From Octopus sinensis (lineage: Eukaryota): a stretch of DNA of 64,000 nucleotides. Under the pieces are notes generated by a model. It saw only the letters and a list, made by a program, of their open reading frames with translations. It was not told where the DNA came from and searched no databases. The translations under genes and the position numbers were made by a program. Position 1 is the first letter of the stretch, and every line of letters starts with the position of its first letter. The stretch lies in assembly GCF_006345805.1 (NCBI RefSeq), contig NC_043002.1, positions 8,680,001 to 8,744,000 on the forward strand. The letters are read 5' to 3'. Shown in pieces: positions 60,676 through 64,000 of the stretch.

Positions 60676-60868
60676 ATATATATATACATACATACATGCA
60701 TATATATGACAGGCTTTTTCAGTTTCCGTCTACCAAATCCACTCACAAGGCTTTGGTTGGCCCGAGGCTATAGTAGAAGACACTTGCCCAAGGTGCCACG
60801 CAGTGGGACTGAACCCGGAACCATGTGGTTCGTAAGCAAGCTACTTACCACACAGCCACTCCTACACC
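60232..60868 (-). mobile_element. SINE family B interrupted at its internal microsatellite by Penelope-like family D (60430-60625, plus)
   Basis: Tail 60232-60430, head 60705-60868; insert has ttt-CTGTAGA-A-GAGC-GTAG-GCTC-AAAA-CG-TA-aaag. Confidence 0.85.
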
Positions 60869-61230
60869 TATAATTTTATTTTGAAAAACTAAAGAAAAAA
60901 ATGAAATGTTATGAGTATGACCAGACATAAACAAAAGCCACATTGCCCTTAAATCATATACCATCTCAGAGCATATTGAGCAATGTAGACAGAATGGTTA
61001 CAAATAGAACATCTCCCTTCAGAAGTCCAATGAAGCAAGGTTAACTTAGGATAAACAACAACAACACCATTTTAATGGTTTAATAAATTAGAAGAAACGC
61101 AAAGAGACAAAGACAAAAATTGATGTAGAAATAACATCAAGATTGCCAAAGACAATTGGATAATATTAATGTTGAGGAACTGCAATAGAAAGAGATGGCC
61201 ATCACCACCAATTTTATTTCTGTTTTCCAG

Positions 61231-61291
61231 CTTGTTTGGGTTGGATGAAGTCATTTCCAGAAAAAAATTTTATCAGTTGTTTCAGTCCCAG
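61231..61291 (+). other. Candidate 61-nt exon
   Basis: aattttatttctgttttccag|...CCCAG|gtcact; open as LFGLDEVISRKKFYQLFQSQ or CLGWMKSFPEKNFISCFSP. Confidence 0.2.
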
Positions 61292-61323
61292 GTCACTTTC
61301 TTTCTGAGGTTTAACATCCTGAT

Positions 61324-61515
61324 ATCATCATCATCATCATCGTTTAATGTCCGCTTTCCATGCTAGCAAGGGTCGGACGATTTTGATTGAGGGCTGGCGA
61401 ACCAGATGGCTGCACCAGGCTCCAATCTTGATCTGGCAGAGTTTCTACAGCTGGATGCCCTTCCTAACGCCAACCACTCCGAGAGTGTAGTGGGTGCTTT
61501 TTACGTGCCACCAGC
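61324..61515 (-). mobile_element. Family A terminus
   Basis: Core with (CAT)n at left. Confidence 0.9.
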
Positions 61516-62147
61516 TCGTAGATTTGGTTGCTATTTCCAGCAGGTTGAAGAACTGAGTAGATGCTTCTTCACTATTATGCATTCATGTAGTTCTTCTCTG
61601 TGTAGAAAAGTGGACTGGCAAATAAAACTGTGTTTGTTAAAAACCAGTGATAATAATGATAACTACAACAATAAGAGCAATGTAGTATTACTTTTCATGA
61701 TAGCCCAGAAGATGAAATTATCAGGATACTGTGACAGTAAATAGTGAAGTTAAAGGTTACATCCTTAAATATAAAATAGGATATATCTGAGAACCAAAAC
61801 TATTCTGTCCTCAATACTTTATTCAACAAACGTTTTGGATAGCGAGACAGTTAACTCACAAAGGATATAATTATGAAGGCTACACTAAAACTGTTTTCCA
61901 CATTATTATTCCAGCTTATGTAACCATGCCATCAATAATGACTCTGATCAGGTTTATTACTGTTTTCAATACAGTTACGTAAGATAATTTTAAAATATAG
62001 GAAACTACATTTATTTCTAAATACAGATACTTACATGTAATAGAAATTTGCATTGAACAACCTCGGTAAATTTTATTTCATATTTAATATTTGCTTTAGT
62101 AGTACAAACTGAAATTTTAGCCAGTTACATGAAACATGATCTTCTTA

Positions 62148-62188
<41 letters not shown>

Positions 62189-62373
62189 GTAATCAAGAGA
62201 GATAACTAGCCTTTTTGGAGTTATTTCCCTTTATGTGACATAGTGTTATAAGTGTGTTACTAGAAAAGTGGTTAGGATGTTATACTATAAATCAATGGGT
62301 CAGTGATTCACAAATCTAAACTGGAGCTGCACAACACTCATTAAACTAAATATTCAATATTAAACTGAAGCAT

Positions 62374-62545
62374 CCACTACACTCTCGGAGTGGTTGGCGT
62401 TAGGAAGGGCATCCAGCTGTAGAAACTCTGCCAGATCAAGATTGGGGTCTGGTGCAGCCATCTGGTTTGCCAGCCCTCAGTCAAAATCGTCCAACCCATG
62501 CTAGCATAGAAAGCGGACGTTAAACGATGATGATGAGGAGGATGA
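62374..62545 (+). mobile_element. Family A terminus
   Basis: ccactacactctcggag...ggacgttaaacgatgatg. Confidence 0.9.
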
Positions 62546-62743
62546 AAGTGGTCCAATACAAGGAGCAAGCATATTCAGTTTCTAATACATTGGGACAAGT
62601 CAGTTATCAAAACCTCAGTTCTTTGTTGCTTCATCTTTTTCAATGCCTCTCCCAGAAGGACAAAGGGCAAAGTTGACCTCAACATGTAGCTTTAGAATGT
62701 GATGTGATGTAACTAAATACTGCATGATATTTTGTCAATACCC

Positions 62744-63637
62744 TGTAGTGTAGCTGATATCCTCACTGTTTGAGAGATATATTAGAAATGATCTCACGTT
62801 AGATAACAACCATCTTCGGCTATTTTGACCCTGTTGTGTCCACTGCTCTGATTGGTTAACATTGGCAGTTTGTCTCTTGACTTATTTCGCGCCAGTGTGT
62901 AAGCCAACCAATAGAGTGACTCAATCATGTCCCAGCAACACCAGTCTTTCTGAGGAGCAACTCAACCATTGACCACACCACAACCAGACAACCAGTTCCC
63001 GTGACGACGCTAACATACACCAGCAACGCTCTCCATCTCCAGCAACACCAATACATACACAGCAACTCGCTCAGGTTTAGCTTTCTCGCTGTTGTGATTT
63101 TCACCAAGGTTAACAGCACAGCACTACCTGCAAGAATTCCTGTATCAAGAGACCTGGCACAGCATTGAAGCCACAACCACTACACGATATGTGTTCAACT
63201 GGCATTCTGCAGTTGTGACCCCCAACATCCTGTTACAGAACTATCACTATTGTGTAACCTTACTACGAACTGGTAAATTAACTCCATCTTGTCTAAATAT
63301 CCTGAGAGACTCTTTTCTATGCTCTGTATTTTATCTTACCCACATACACCTTTGTTTGTACCTCTGTCGCACACACGAACACACAGACACAAACACTTGT
63401 TGCATGCATACAGACACTCCACTTTGCTAGCACCCATACTTTATCTTATTGTACACATCTGTAAATAAAGTCTTTCTTCTCTCAAACAGTAGAACGGTTG
63501 TGTCATCCTTATTATTCCTTTTGGCACTTATTCATTTATATCATGTATTTGGCTTCTTCTTTTGTTAGGGCCTCCGTGCAGCGTTAAAAGGAGACATTAC
63601 TGTCACCAACTCCTTACATACAGTCGTTTTCCCTACA
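62744..63637 (+). mobile_element. Solo LTR (Gypsy-type), 894 bp
   Basis: ACCC|TGTAG...CTACA|ACCC (4-bp TSD, inverted termini); CCAAT-like boxes near 62850 and 62910; AATAAA at 63464-63469. Confidence 0.8.
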
Positions 63638-64000
63638 ACCCTATTATTGCTGCACATTTGCCATCTAGCTAGCATCTTATTGGATTACAAAAACTGATTT
63701 CACACTAGTTTATGGTGAAAGCAGCATAACATGAATCTAAGGCTCAATTCCAGTAAGGGGTTTCCTGTTATTTTAGTTAGCTGCATCATTGAATCTGGGC
63801 CCTGATTCTATGTACAACCTACATCTGTTAGGTAATGTGCAACAATTCATGCCAAACACAAACCACACACAAAGTTATGCAGAGTTCCAGAGTGACATAG
63901 AAGAAGGTTGCAACATCCAGTCACACTCATTAAATACATATTTTTTACAACTTTCTTTGACTTTTAATTTACAATTACAGTCTCTCAGCAGTGAAGTCAT

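Overview
Eukaryotic, AT-rich and very repeat-dense DNA. The repeat families and the (TA)n/(TACA)n load look like a coleoid cephalopod, most likely Octopus (inference from recalled repeat motifs; no search was run). I could not identify a protein-coding host gene; there are only short candidate exons on both strands. Supported content: one tRNA-His(GTG) gene; a decayed Ty3/Gypsy element with nested insertions; a Gypsy-type solo LTR with a 4-bp TSD; two RTE-clade LINE lineages, one with a PHD-like finger inside ORF2; an R4/Dong-type LINE; mariner, Tc1-like and Tigger remnants; piggyBac-like and Merlin-like MITEs; two Helitron-like elements; three tRNA-derived SINE groups; and several Penelope-like repeats with minimal hammerhead motifs. 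The commonest repeat (more than 25 copies, (GAT)n tail; 'family A') is the 3' UTR of the PHD-bearing RTE. It carries a variable number of ~63-70-bp double-hairpin modules with compensatory changes, and these modules have seeded a 138-bp higher-order satellite. The best leads are this structured 3' UTR module array and the hammerhead-bearing Penelope-like repeats. Most repeat boundaries were read by eye and are approximate (about 20 bp) unless TSDs are given.
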